From an uncultured Acidimicrobiia bacterium (GTDB lineage Bacteria > Actinomycetota > Acidimicrobiia > Spongiisociales > UBA5794): DNA of 64,000 bases. Location: the NCBI GenBank assembly GCA_963834375.1, contig CAWIBM010000004.1, positions 97,297 to 161,296 on the forward strand, written 5' to 3'. Both the position numbers and the translations under genes were made by a program. Positions 1-11,346 of the stretch are shown piece after piece; within the stretch, counting starts at the first letter, position 1; every line of letters starts with the position of its first letter. Below the pieces are notes generated by a model. The model was not told the DNA's origin. It saw only the letters and a program-made list of their open reading frames with translations, and ran no database searches.

Positions 1-553
1 GACCACCCTCGGCCTGTACGAGTGGGAGGGTGTGCTCGGCGACGCCTCCGACCGCTACCACGACCTGTGGACGGCGCGACGCAGCGACCTCTGCTACGCC
101 ACCACCAACCGGCAGGACGCCGTCCAGGCGCTGACGCAGCGCTGCGACCTGGTGTTGGTGGTCGGGTCCGAGAACTCCTCCAACACGCAGGCGCTGGTCC
201 GGGTCGCCCGCAACGCCGGGATCGCCGCTCATCGGGTCGACGGCCCGGGCATGGTCGACCCTGCGTGGCTCGACGGGGCCACCACGGTCGGGGTCACCGC
301 CGGGGCGTCGGCGCCGGACGCCCAGGTGCAAGCCGTGATCGACGCCGTCGCCCCGATCGACGGGGTGGACCTGCTCCGCATGACCGAGGAGGACGAGTAC
401 TTCCCGCTCCCCCCGTCCCTGCGCCGTCTCGCCGTCACCCTGCAGGCGTTGGTCGAGGGCTCGGTCGCCTGCCGCAGCCCGGGACGACCGGGGCCGATCG
501 AACAGGACCGGGAGTGGGGCGCCACGGAGGCACTGGAGCTGCTCGCCGGCTGA
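1..553 (+). CDS. ispH: 4-hydroxy-3-methylbut-2-enyl diphosphate reductase, C-terminal part (5' truncated by window)
   Basis: CYATTNRQDAV, LVLVVGSENSSNT and TTVGVTAGASAPD motifs typical of IspH/LytB. Confidence 0.95.
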   Translation, partial: TTLGLYEWEGVLGDASDRYHDLWTARRSDLCYATTNRQDAVQALTQRCDLVLVVGSENSSNTQALVRVARNAGIAAHRVDGPGMVDPAWLDGATTVGVTAGASAPDAQVQAVIDAVAPIDGVDLLRMTEEDEYFPLPPSLRRLAVTLQALVEGSVACRSPGRPGPIEQDREWGATEALELLAG

Positions 554-603
554 GCCGGGTGTCTCCGGACGGATCGCTGGAGCTACGGCGTGGGCGATCG
601 GCC

Positions 604-1221
604 TCAGTCCGGTGGGACGAGCGCAACGACTCGCGCCACCACCTCGTCGATCGACAGCTCGGTGGTGTCGATCACCACGGCGTCGTCCGCCGGGCGCAGC
701 GGCGACGCCTCCCGCGCCGTGTCGAACCGGTCGCGACGCTCCAGGGCGAGGGGGTCCTCGTCGTCCGCGCGACGCGCCGCCCGCACCTCGGGGTGAGCGG
801 TGAGGAACACCTTGGTGGCGGCATCGGGAAACACCACCGTCCCTATGTCGCGACCCTCCACCACGGCATCACCGCCGTGGTCGGCCACCCAGACACGCTG
901 CAGCTCGACGATGATCCGCCGGACCTCCGGGTGGGCGGAGACCGGGCTCACCGCCGCCGCCACTTCCGGGGACCGCGTCTCGGCGGTGATGTCGTCGCCG
1001 TCGAGCCAGACCTGACCCGCCTCGAACCGTATCGGCACTCCGGACACCGCCGCCAGCACCGCCGCCGCGTCGTGTGGGTCGGCTCCCCGACGTAGCGCGG
1101 CGACGGTGGCGGCCCGGTAGGTGGCACCGGTGTCGAGGTGGGGCAATCCCAGGACCTCGGCGGTCCTCGCCGCCACCGTGCTCTTTCCGGCCCCGCCGGG
1201 TCCGTCGATGGCTACGACCAC
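604..1221 (-). CDS. cmk: cytidylate kinase
   Basis: VVAIDGPGGAGKST P-loop, LDTGATYRA, VVEGRDIGTVVFPDA; GTG at 1221 follows GGAGGG and overlaps the aroA end. Confidence 0.95.
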   Translation of the reverse strand: MVVAIDGPGGAGKSTVAARTAEVLGLPHLDTGATYRAATVAALRRGADPHDAAAVLAAVSGVPIRFEAGQVWLDGDDITAETRSPEVAAAVSPVSAHPEVRRIIVELQRVWVADHGGDAVVEGRDIGTVVFPDAATKVFLTAHPEVRAARRADDEDPLALERRDRFDTAREASPLRPADDAVVIDTTELSIDEVVARVVALVPPD

Positions 1222-2489
1222 AGGCCCTCCATCACGTCGTAGAACCGCGGCCACGATACGCCTGCCGCCTCGGCGCCCTCGATGACCACCGTCCCGTCGA
1301 CAGCCACGGCGGCAACGGCACCCGCCATGGCCAGCCGGTGGTCCCCGCGGGCCTGCACCGTCCCGGCGTCGAGCCTGCCGACGCCGACTACGGCGAACCC
1401 GTCATCGGTGGGCTCGGCGCCCCCGCCGAGGGCGCGGACGAGGTCGACGGTGCCGGTGATGCGGTCGCTCTCCTTGGTCCGCAACTCGGCGGCGCCGCGG
1501 ACCACGGTGACGCCCTCGGCGACGGCGCCGAGCACGCCGACCAGGATCAGCTCGTCCATGGAGGCGGCGGCGAGCTCCGGGGCCACGTCGACGGCGAACA
1601 GCCCCCGCCCGGTGACGGTGACCGTCCCGACCGGGTCGCCGTGGACGGAAGCGGTCACCTCGGCGGCGACCTCGGCGCCGAACGACTCGAGGATCTGGAG
1701 GAAGCCGATCCGCCCGGGGTTGAGGGAAACCTGCGGCGTGGTCACCGTCGCCCCCGGTCGGAGCGCCGCCGCCGCCCAGAGGAAGGCGGCGCTCGACGGG
1801 TCTCCCGGGATGCGGTATTCGGCGGCCGGGACGGGACCGGGGTCGACGTGAAAGGTGCCGGGACCGGCGAACGCACCGCGGCCCAGGCCAGCCAGCCATC
1901 GCTCGGTGTGGTCGCGGTATCCCTGTGGGCTGCGGACCACGGTCGACCCGACCGCCTGCAGGGCGGCCAGCTCGACCGCCGACCGGAGCTGGGCGGAGGG
2001 GAGGTCGATGGCGACCGATGCTCCGTGGAGTCCGTCGACGGGGCGCACCGTCACCGGTGCCGTGCCCTGCGGTTCGGTGACGGCGACATCGGCTCCGAGG
2101 GCGGCGAGCGGGACGACCAGCCGCCGCATCGGCCGGCGCCGCAGCGAGGCGTCGCCGGTGAGCGTCGTTGCGAACGGCCGCCCTGACAGCGCCCCGGCGA
2201 CCAGCCGGGTCGTGGTACCGGAGTTGGCGCAGTCGAGCGGTCCCCCCGGATCCGTCCAGCCGTCGATCCCCGGGCTGTCGATCCAACCGGCGTCGATGGC
2301 GACGCCCAGCGCCCGCATCGCCCCGGCCGTGGCCACCACGTCTGCCCCGGGGCCGAGCCCGGTCACCCGGCTCCTTCCTTGGGCCATCGACCCGAGTATC
2401 AACGCCCGGTGGGACAGCGACTTGTCGCCGGGCACCGCCACCGTCGCCGCCATCGGCTCGGGCGGGTAGGAGACGGCGCGGTCGGTCAT
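1212..2489 (-). CDS. aroA: 3-phosphoshikimate 1-carboxyvinyltransferase
   Basis: PGDKSLSHRA, DCANSGTTTRL, LRRRPMRR, ELRTKESDRI, GDHRLAM; ATG at 2489 overlaps the rluB stop. Confidence 0.95.
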   Translation of the reverse strand: MTDRAVSYPPEPMAATVAVPGDKSLSHRALILGSMAQGRSRVTGLGPGADVVATAGAMRALGVAIDAGWIDSPGIDGWTDPGGPLDCANSGTTTRLVAGALSGRPFATTLTGDASLRRRPMRRLVVPLAALGADVAVTEPQGTAPVTVRPVDGLHGASVAIDLPSAQLRSAVELAALQAVGSTVVRSPQGYRDHTERWLAGLGRGAFAGPGTFHVDPGPVPAAEYRIPGDPSSAAFLWAAAALRPGATVTTPQVSLNPGRIGFLQILESFGAEVAAEVTASVHGDPVGTVTVTGRGLFAVDVAPELAAASMDELILVGVLGAVAEGVTVVRGAAELRTKESDRITGTVDLVRALGGGAEPTDDGFAVVGVGRLDAGTVQARGDHRLAMAGAVAAVAVDGTVVIEGAEAAGVSWPRFYDVMEGLWS

Positions 2490-3259
2490 GGCGACTGCCC
2501 GGGTGGGACAGCCGACGGAGCGCCGTTCGGCGCGTCGCCGTCGGGACGTCCGGTGGCGGCGTAGAGATCGCGCACCTCGGCCAGGGTCAGCGGACGCACC
2601 GTGCCCGGGGCGAGGTCCTGGTCGCGCAACGGCCCGATGGCGGTCCGCACCAGGCGTGTCACCGGGAACCCGAGGGCGGCGCACATCCGACGTATCTCCC
2701 GCTTGCGGCCGTGGGTCATCACGATCTCGACCAGGCTGCGGTCGGGTCGGGCGTCGATCACCCGCGCCGAGGCGGCGACCGCCGCCCCGTCGTCCAGCTC
2801 GACGCCCTCGGTCAACCGTCGGGCGAGACGCGGCCCCGCCTCACCCTCGACCAGCACCGAGTAGGTCTTGGGGAGCTCGCTGGAGGGATGGGTGACGCGG
2901 AAGGTCAGGTCACCGTCGTTGGTGAGCAGGATCAGGCCCTCGGAGTCGGTGTCGAGTCGTCCGATCGGGAACACGCGGTCGTCGGTGGCGGCCAGGTCCA
3001 CCACCGTAGGTCGCCCCTCCGGGTCGTGAGCGGTCGACACCACCCCGACGGGCTTGTACGCCAGCAGGTAGACGAGGTCTGGCCTCACCGGGAGAGGTAT
3101 GCCGTCGACCTCGACGGCCGCGGTTTCCCGGTCGACCCGCTGCCCGACATGGGCGACCACGCCGTCGACGGTGACCCGCCCGGCTTCGATGAGCTGCTCG
3201 GCGCGCCGCCGGGAGGCCAGCCCGGCATTGGCGATCACCTTGTGAAGCCGCTCGGTCAC
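2486..3259 (-). CDS. rluB: S4-domain pseudouridine synthase (RluB/RsuA family)
   Basis: ERLHKVIANAGLASRRRAE S4 domain, YKPVGVVST, GRLDTDSEGL catalytic motif; GTG overlaps the scpB stop. Confidence 0.9.
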   Translation of the reverse strand: MTERLHKVIANAGLASRRRAEQLIEAGRVTVDGVVAHVGQRVDRETAAVEVDGIPLPVRPDLVYLLAYKPVGVVSTAHDPEGRPTVVDLAATDDRVFPIGRLDTDSEGLILLTNDGDLTFRVTHPSSELPKTYSVLVEGEAGPRLARRLTEGVELDDGAAVAASARVIDARPDRSLVEIVMTHGRKREIRRMCAALGFPVTRLVRTAIGPLRDQDLAPGTVRPLTLAEVRDLYAATGRPDGDAPNGAPSAVPPGQSP

Positions 3260-3834
3260 GCCCCGTTCGACGGGACGTCGGGCCGGAAGGGCCGCTCCAG
3301 CGTCTCCATCACCTCGGCGGGCGGCACGTGGTCGGCGATCGGCGGGAGGTCGCCGAGCCCGTCGATCCCCAGCTTCTCGAGGAACAGCGCCGTGGTTCCG
3401 TACAGCAACGCTGCCCCCGACCCGGCCGCCTTGCCCACCTCGGCAACCAGGCCGCGCCGCTCCAGGGTCCGCAACGCCTGCTCCGAGTCGACCCCGCGTA
3501 TCTCGGCGACCTGGCCGCGCGAGACGGGCTGCCGGTAGGCCACCACCGCCAGGGTCTCCAGGGCGGCGCTCGACAGGCGGGTCGCCTTCTCGGTGGCGGC
3601 GAACCGCTCCAGGTACGGGTGGGCATCGGGATGGGTGTAGAGGCGCCATCCGCCGGCGACCTGGCGGAGCACCACGCCGGCGCCCCGTTGCTGGAGCGAG
3701 GTCGCCAACTCAGCCAACTCGACCTCGACCTCGCTCTTCGCCACTTCGAGCACCTCGGCGATCTCGCCGACCGCCAGCGGCTCCTCCGCCACGAACAACA
3801 TCGCCTCGATGATCGCCCGGGTGTCCACGGTCAC
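3256..3834 (-). CDS. scpB: segregation and condensation protein B
   Basis: AIIEAMLFVAEEPL, LSSAALETLAVVAYRQPVSRGQV..IRGVDS, LYGTTALFLEKLG. Confidence 0.93.
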   Translation of the reverse strand: MTVDTRAIIEAMLFVAEEPLAVGEIAEVLEVAKSEVEVELAELATSLQQRGAGVVLRQVAGGWRLYTHPDAHPYLERFAATEKATRLSSAALETLAVVAYRQPVSRGQVAEIRGVDSEQALRTLERRGLVAEVGKAAGSGAALLYGTTALFLEKLGIDGLGDLPPIADHVPPAEVMETLERPFRPDVPSNGA

Positions 3835-4598
3835 CACTCGACCTGGTCGATGTCGATCCCCCGCGCATCTGCTTGCGGGTCGTGGCGGAGCCCGATGGTC
3901 CCGGCCGGCTGGCGCTGGTCGATCCGCACGATCCCCCAGCGGGCCAGTTCCAGGACCGCCAGGAAGTAGGCGATCACTTCGACGGGGCGGGAGCAGTGGG
4001 CCACCATCTCCTCGAACCCGGAGACCGTACCGGCGCGCATCCGCACCCTGACGTCGTGAATCGCCGCCTCCACCGACGGAAGATCGAACTCGAGGTGGTC
4101 GACATCCGGCTCGTCGCCGGCGTGGGCGAACACCCGCTCGGCGATGAGGGCGAGGCCCGCCGCGGTGATGTCCAGGGTGACGTCCGGTGGAGCGGGCCGG
4201 ATCCCGTCGTCGAGACCGGCGAGACGTGGCAGGGAGCGGCCGCTGCCCTCCATGCGGTGGGCGAGGACCGCGGCGACATCCTTGAAGGTCAGGCAGGCGA
4301 GCAGGCGGGCCAGCAGTCGATCCCGCTCCTCCTGCAGCGCCAGCTCCTCGTCGATGTCGACGGGCTCGGTCCCCGGGAGCAGATGCCTTGCCTTGAGCTG
4401 GATGAGGGTGGCGGCGATGACCAGGAACTCGGAGGTGACCTCGAGGTCGAGGGTGCGCATCAGCTCGAGGTGCTCGAGGTACTCGGTGACCAGCATGCCA
4501 AGGCTGAGCTCGGTGATGTCGACCTGGCGCGAGGTGATGAGCTGCAACAGAAGGTCGAGAGGGCCCTCGAAGACCCTGGTGTGAACCTCGTAGCCCAT
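3831..4598 (-). CDS. scpA: segregation and condensation protein A
   Basis: VFEGPLDLLLQLI, SEFLVIAATLIQLKARHLLP, C-terminal FLAVLELAR. Confidence 0.93.
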   Translation of the reverse strand: MGYEVHTRVFEGPLDLLLQLITSRQVDITELSLGMLVTEYLEHLELMRTLDLEVTSEFLVIAATLIQLKARHLLPGTEPVDIDEELALQEERDRLLARLLACLTFKDVAAVLAHRMEGSGRSLPRLAGLDDGIRPAPPDVTLDITAAGLALIAERVFAHAGDEPDVDHLEFDLPSVEAAIHDVRVRMRAGTVSGFEEMVAHCSRPVEVIAYFLAVLELARWGIVRIDQRQPAGTIGLRHDPQADARGIDIDQVEW

Positions 4599-4728
4599 CA
4601 GCCGCCATGGTATCGGCGCCCCCGCCAAGCCCGGTGGCTTTCACCCGTTCGAACTTCGAGCGAGTGGCGCCACCACGTGTGGTCAATCGCTCGAGGTCGG
4701 CCAGAGCCGCCGCGGTACCGGCCGGCGG

Positions 4729-5217
4729 TCAGGTGTGATCGGCGTCCAGAAGCAGCGCCCAGGCCGCCGGGTCGTGCCGGCCGGGGTCGGGGTCGGGGTG
4801 GCGGCGGGCGAATTCGACGGCCAGCGGCGACGCTCCTGCCGCCTGGAGACGCTCCGCCCCGATCGGCCCGTGGTTGCGATAGGCCCGCATGCCTGCGGTC
4901 AACGGCAGGCCGAGGGCAGCGCACACGGTGGCGATGCTCCTGCCGATCGGTCCCAGTCCGGTCCCCGCCTTGCCGACGTCGTGGAGCAGGGCGGCGGCTG
5001 TCACCTCGGGATCGACGGAGCGGCTCGCCACCCGCCGCATCACCGTGTAGGCATGCCGCTGGTCGGCCGGGTCCTGGGCGGTGAACAGGTCCAGCTGCGT
5101 AGGGAGGAGTGCGGCGGCGACCTCAGCGGCCTCGTCGACCTCGAGGGGCCGGGCGAAAGCGACCTGGAAGAACCGCCTGAAGAGGTGGAGGAACCGGCTC
5201 AGCGCTTCGACTTGCAC
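4729..5217 (-). CDS. HD-domain protein
   Basis: DQRHA...AALLHDVGK...HGPIGAERL HD-type motifs; start codon uncertain. Confidence 0.75.
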   Translation of the reverse strand: MQVEALSRFLHLFRRFFQVAFARPLEVDEAAEVAAALLPTQLDLFTAQDPADQRHAYTVMRRVASRSVDPEVTAAALLHDVGKAGTGLGPIGRSIATVCAALGLPLTAGMRAYRNHGPIGAERLQAAGASPLAVEFARRHPDPDPGRHDPAAWALLLDADHT

Positions 5218-5537
5218 TCGACGCAGTAGCGCGAGGTCGGTCGGAACTCCATGCGCTCCGCCCCGATCGGGTTGCCACAGGCGTCGCAGATCCCGTACGT
5301 GCCCTCGGCGACCCGCTGCAACGCCTGGTCGACGTCGGACAGCAGCCTGGTGATGTTGTCCACTAGCCCCAGCACCTCGGTGCGCTCGGCGGTGGCGGCG
5401 GCGGCGTCGGCGAAACCGTCACCGAACTCGAGGTCGCCGGTGAGATCACCCTGCTCATTGGCCCCCAACTCGCCGAGCTGGCGGATCAACTTCTCCCGCT
5501 CCACCTGGAGGACGGCGGCAGCCGCTTCAGTGTCCAC
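5199..5537 (-). CDS. DksA/TraR family C4 zinc-finger protein
   Basis: Coiled-coil followed by YGICDACGNPIGAERMEFRPTSRYCVEC (C4 finger). Confidence 0.9.
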   Translation of the reverse strand: MDTEAAAAVLQVEREKLIRQLGELGANEQGDLTGDLEFGDGFADAAAATAERTEVLGLVDNITRLLSDVDQALQRVAEGTYGICDACGNPIGAERMEFRPTSRYCVECKSKR

Positions 5538-5571
5538 GAAATCTCCCTCGAACCAGCCCGACGGCCCAGTC

Positions 5572-6471
5572 TCATCTACCCCTGGGGTGCGAGGTCACGA
5601 ACACCTCGAGCAGATACTGCGGCGACACCCGGGTGTAGACCTGTGTGGTCGAGATACTAGCGTGACCCAGGATCTCCTGGACGCTACGCAGGTCGGCGCC
5701 GCCCTCCACCATGTGGGTGGCCGCCGAGTGACGGAGCACGTGGGGCGACAGCCTGGCCGGGTCGATGCCGGCCTTGGTGCCGTGGCGGCGTACCACCAGG
5801 AAAACGCCCTGCCGGCTCAACCTGCCGCCCCGGGTGTTGAGGAACAGCCACCCCGGATCGTTCCTCGACGACTTGATGTCCATCCGGGCGGGCAGGTACG
5901 CCTCGATGGCGGCCACTGCGTGACTGCCCAACGGCACCACCCGCTGCTTCGACCCCTTGCCGGTGACGAGGGCGGTGCGCGCCTCGAGGTCGAGGTCCTC
6001 GACCGCCAAGGCCACCGCCTCGCTCACCCGAGCGCCGCTGGCGTACAAGAACTCGAGCAGGGCCCGGTCGCGCAGCCCGAGCCTGGTCGAGGGCTCCGGC
6101 GCCGCCAGCAGCGCCTCGACCTCGTCGACGGCGAGCGCCTTGGGAAGGGAGGCGGTTCGCCCGGGTGGGTCGATGCCCCCGGCGGCGTCCACGTCGGCGA
6201 GCTCCTCGGCCACCAGGAAGCGGTGGAGGCCGCGGACGGCGGCGATCTTGCGGGCCACGGTCGCCGCCGCCCACCCCTGGGTGCCGAGCCACCCCACGAA
6301 CCGGTCGACCATCACCGGCGTCACCGCGGTGACTTCGACGGGGCCGCCTTCCTCGACCACCCGGCGGTACTGGGCGAGATCGCGCCGGTACGCCGCCACC
6401 GTGTTGCCCGCCAACCCCCGCTCCGAGCGCAGCGCCGCCAGGTACTCCTCGACACCCCCGGCGAGGTCCAT
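5572..6471 (-). CDS. xerD: site-specific tyrosine recombinase XerD
   Basis: RGLAGNTVAAYRRDL, RDRALLEFLYASGARVSE, SPHVLRHSAATHMVEGGADLRSVQEILGHASISTTQVYT; canonical position after nudF. Confidence 0.92.
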   Translation of the reverse strand: MDLAGGVEEYLAALRSERGLAGNTVAAYRRDLAQYRRVVEEGGPVEVTAVTPVMVDRFVGWLGTQGWAAATVARKIAAVRGLHRFLVAEELADVDAAGGIDPPGRTASLPKALAVDEVEALLAAPEPSTRLGLRDRALLEFLYASGARVSEAVALAVEDLDLEARTALVTGKGSKQRVVPLGSHAVAAIEAYLPARMDIKSSRNDPGWLFLNTRGGRLSRQGVFLVVRRHGTKAGIDPARLSPHVLRHSAATHMVEGGADLRSVQEILGHASISTTQVYTRVSPQYLLEVFVTSHPRGR

Positions 6472-7013
6472 CACCGGTGCTTCCCCGTCACCAGGAGCAG
6501 CCCGGCGAGCGTCTTGGCGTCGCGGATCTCGCCGGCAGCGATGAGGGTTGCGACCTCGTCGAGGGGCACCAGGACCACCTCGGACACCTCCTCCTCGGCG
6601 CCGTGGGGCACCCGGTCGACCGGGACGCAACCGGTGGCGAGGAAGATCCGCATCCGCTCGTCGGTGAACCCGGGGGCGGTCCACACGTCGGCGATCAGCC
6701 GCAGCTCGCCGGCCTCCAGCCCGACCTCCTCGGCCAGCTCCCGCCGGGCCGCCTGCTCCGGCTCCTCCCCCGCCACGTCGAGCTTCCCGGCAGGGATCTC
6801 GAGCACGTCGTCGTCCACGGCAGCCCGGTACTGGCGGATCAGGACCACGGAGCCGTCGACCACGGCGACCACGGCGACCGCGCCCGGATGCCGGACGACG
6901 TCGCGACGCACCGGGGAACCGGTGGGACCGGAGAGGTGCATGCGCTCGAACCGCAGGAAAGAGGAGGCCGCCAGCGTGGCCGAACCGACCACGGTGAACC
7001 CGGGCTCGGTCAC
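6471..7013 (-). CDS. nudF: NUDIX hydrolase, ADP-ribose pyrophosphatase type
   Basis: RHPGAVAVVA, EIPAGKLD...AARRELAEEVG Nudix box, PGFTDE, IRDAKT. Confidence 0.85.
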   Translation of the reverse strand: MTEPGFTVVGSATLAASSFLRFERMHLSGPTGSPVRRDVVRHPGAVAVVAVVDGSVVLIRQYRAAVDDDVLEIPAGKLDVAGEEPEQAARRELAEEVGLEAGELRLIADVWTAPGFTDERMRIFLATGCVPVDRVPHGAEEEVSEVVLVPLDEVATLIAAGEIRDAKTLAGLLLVTGKHR

Positions 7014-7088
7014 CGGACGGCGACGGCGCCGGACGCTCGCACCCTTCGATCGTTGCGGCACGACGGCGCGCCCGGCTCGCCAGACCCC

Positions 7089-8777
<1,689 letters not shown>

Positions 8778-8847
8778 CTACCACCGACCCCACGTCGCCC
8801 CGGTTATTGCCCCGGCCTGGCGACGACCCTTCGGGGCGCTCGCCCAG

Positions 8848-10476
8848 TCACGAAGGGCGGGCGGTGGCGAGCAGCTCGGCGGCGTGGCCGCGGCCCCGCT
8901 CGCTGTCCGGCATCCCGGCCAGCATCCGGGCGAGCTCCTCGACCCGACCGGCCTGGTCGAGCAGGCGCACCTCGGTGACCGTGCCGGTGCGCTCCACCAC
9001 GTAGTGCTGGTCGGCGTGGGCGGCCACCTGCGGCAGGTGGGTGACGCAGAGCACCTGGCGTCCTGCGGCGAACCCGGCGAGCTTCCGCCCCAGCTGCAGC
9101 GCCACCTTCCCGCCCACCCCGGCGTCGATCTCGTCGAAGGCGGTGATCGGTGCCTCCTCCGACCCGGAAGCCAGCCGCAGCGCCAGGACGAGCCGGCTCA
9201 ACTCACCACCCGAGGCGACCCGGGCGACCGGGCCGGGATCGAGGCTCGAGTCGGAGGAGAAGAGCAGCTCGACCCGGTCGGCGCCCTCAGGGCCGGGGAC
9301 GGCCTCGGTGACGGCGATGACGACCACCGGGTCGACGAAGCCCAACTCGCCGAGGTGGCCGACGGCGGCGCCGGCGATCCGCTCGGCCCCGCGGCGCCGC
9401 GCCTCCCGGAGACGGTCGCCCGCCGAGGCGAGTGCTCCGGCGGCGGATGCGACGGCGCGGTCGAGGTCGTCGGCGGTGGCGAGAAGGCCCTCCAGCTCTT
9501 CGGCACGAGCGTGCGCCGCGGTGGCGAAGGCGAGCACCTCGTCCAGGGTGTCGCCGTAGCGACGGCGGAGCTCGCCGAGCCTCGCCACCCGCTGCTCCAC
9601 CTCGTCGAGGCGTGCCGGGTCCTCGTCGAGGCCGGAGGCCGCCCGGGCGACGTCGCTGCGCAACTCCGTCATGAGGTCAGCTACCTCGGAGACCTGCTCG
9701 CCGATGGCCGCCAGCCCCGGGTCGAGGGCCGCCGCCCTGGCCAGCGCACGCACCGCGGTGTCGAGGTACCGGTCGGCGCCCTCCTCTCCCAGGGCGGTCG
9801 CCGCCTCGTCGAGATCGTCGAGGATGGTCCTGGCGCTGCGCAGCCGGCCGGCCAGTCGCTCGAGCTCGACGTCGTCACCGGGAGCGAACCCGGCGCCGGT
9901 GATGTCGTCGACGTGGTGGCGGGCGGTGGCCAGCTCCCTCTCGACGCCCCGCCGATCGCCTCCGATCTCCTGCCGTCTCCTGTCGAGCTCACGGGACGAT
10001 GCCCACGCCTCGGCGTAGGCGGCGCGGGCACCCGCCCCCTCGTCCCCGGTGATGGCGTCGACGATGTCCCTGACGTGCTCGGGCCGTCCCAGGAGCACAT
10101 GGGTGTGCTGGGCGGTCAGCTCGACCGAACCGCCCAGCCGGAGACCGAGGGCACCGACCGGGGCCATGATCCCGTCGAGGTAGGCGCGGCTCTTGCCCGA
10201 GGAGGTGAGACGGCGCACCGCCACCACCTCGTCGCCGTCGAGCGAGAAGCGGCCCTGGACGACCGCCTGCTCGCCGTGCGGCCCCACCAGGTCTCTCCGC
10301 CCCTGGGCGCCGAGCAACAGCCGCAGCGCACCAAGCAACAGCGTCTTGCCGGCCCCGGTCTCACCGGTGAAAACGACCAGGCCCGACCCGGGCTCGAGCT
10401 GGGCCCGCTCGATGATCCCCAGGTTCTCCACGATCAGCTCGTCGAGTGTTCCCCTGGCCGGGACCGTCTCAGGCAT
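8848..10476 (-). CDS. recN: DNA repair protein RecN
   Basis: FTGETGAGKT Walker A, VASGGELSR signature, FDEIDAGVGG, CVTHLPQVAA. Confidence 0.95.
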   Translation of the reverse strand: MPETVPARGTLDELIVENLGIIERAQLEPGSGLVVFTGETGAGKTLLLGALRLLLGAQGRRDLVGPHGEQAVVQGRFSLDGDEVVAVRRLTSSGKSRAYLDGIMAPVGALGLRLGGSVELTAQHTHVLLGRPEHVRDIVDAITGDEGAGARAAYAEAWASSRELDRRRQEIGGDRRGVERELATARHHVDDITGAGFAPGDDVELERLAGRLRSARTILDDLDEAATALGEEGADRYLDTAVRALARAAALDPGLAAIGEQVSEVADLMTELRSDVARAASGLDEDPARLDEVEQRVARLGELRRRYGDTLDEVLAFATAAHARAEELEGLLATADDLDRAVASAAGALASAGDRLREARRRGAERIAGAAVGHLGELGFVDPVVVIAVTEAVPGPEGADRVELLFSSDSSLDPGPVARVASGGELSRLVLALRLASGSEEAPITAFDEIDAGVGGKVALQLGRKLAGFAAGRQVLCVTHLPQVAAHADQHYVVERTGTVTEVRLLDQAGRVEELARMLAGMPDSERGRGHAAELLATARPS

Positions 10477-11266
10477 GGTCGAGCCCGAACTGGCGGCGCA
10501 GGCCCTGCGGGAAGGGCCGGCCACCCATCGAGACGAACCGGACCGGGCGCTCGCCCCGAGCGATGGTGAGGACGTCCGCCGCCTCGAGCGTGGTCGCCTC
10601 CCGTCCGTCGAGGTTGACCCGCACCGGCCGGTCCCCGTGCACGGTGCAGGTGACGACGGTGGCCGGCGTCAGCACCAGCGAGCGGGACAGCAGGCTGTGG
10701 GGCGCCACCGGGGTGAGCAGCAGGGCTTGCACGGCGGGGTCCACGACCGGGCCTCCTGCCGACAGCGAGTACGCCGTCGACCCGAGCGGGGTGGCGACGA
10801 TCAACCCGTCGGCGCGGTAGGTGGTGAAATGCTCACCGTCGATCTCCACGGTGATCTGGACGATTCGCTGGCTGAGCACCTTCTCCAGCACCACGTCGTT
10901 GATGCCATGCCAGCTCCCGTCATCGGAGGTGGCACGCAGGGTCATCCGCCCGATGGTGGGGAGCGGGTCGAGGGCAAGCGTGTCGAGCAGGGCGGTGTCG
11001 TCGGCAGGGTCGAAGTCGGCGAGGTAGCCGACCGTGCCCAGGTTGACACCCGCCACCGGTATGTCGGCGCGGTGGGCGAGGTGGGCGGCCTCGAGCAGGG
11101 TGCCGTCGCCTCCGACGCCGACGAGGACGTCGAAGGGCTCGCCGTCCCAGGTCCCGATCCCGGTGGTCCCCACATCCCATCCGCGCGCCCGGGCGGCGGC
11201 GGCGAGCCGGTCGCCGACCGACCCGGCGGATTCCCGGCTGGGATGGACGACGATGCCGAGCCTCAT
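10469..11266 (-). CDS. nadK: NAD kinase
   Basis: GGDGTLL, GVNLGTVGYL, GINDVV, DGLIVATPLGSTAYSLSAGGP. Confidence 0.95.
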   Translation of the reverse strand: MRLGIVVHPSRESAGSVGDRLAAAARARGWDVGTTGIGTWDGEPFDVLVGVGGDGTLLEAAHLAHRADIPVAGVNLGTVGYLADFDPADDTALLDTLALDPLPTIGRMTLRATSDDGSWHGINDVVLEKVLSQRIVQITVEIDGEHFTTYRADGLIVATPLGSTAYSLSAGGPVVDPAVQALLLTPVAPHSLLSRSLVLTPATVVTCTVHGDRPVRVNLDGREATTLEAADVLTIARGERPVRFVSMGGRPFPQGLRRQFGLDHA

Positions 11267-11346
11267 CGCCGAGACCTCACGTCGATGGCACACCTCCTGT
11301 GGGGTCCGACCCGGACCTCGATCACCGACGCCCGGTTGGTCGTCCC

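Noticed and set aside
4645-4665. TTCGAACTTCGAG upstream of scpA as an SOS box
   Set aside because: It lacks the GAAC-N4-GTTC geometry.
5572-6471. Tyrosine recombinase as a prophage or ICE integrase
   Set aside because: Its sequence and nudF-xerD-scpAB context match housekeeping XerD.
11263-11325. 20-aa ORF VIEVRVGPHRRCAIDVRSRR overlapping the nadK start
   Set aside because: No clear RBS before its GTG and no recognisable motif; it cannot be told apart from 5' UTR.
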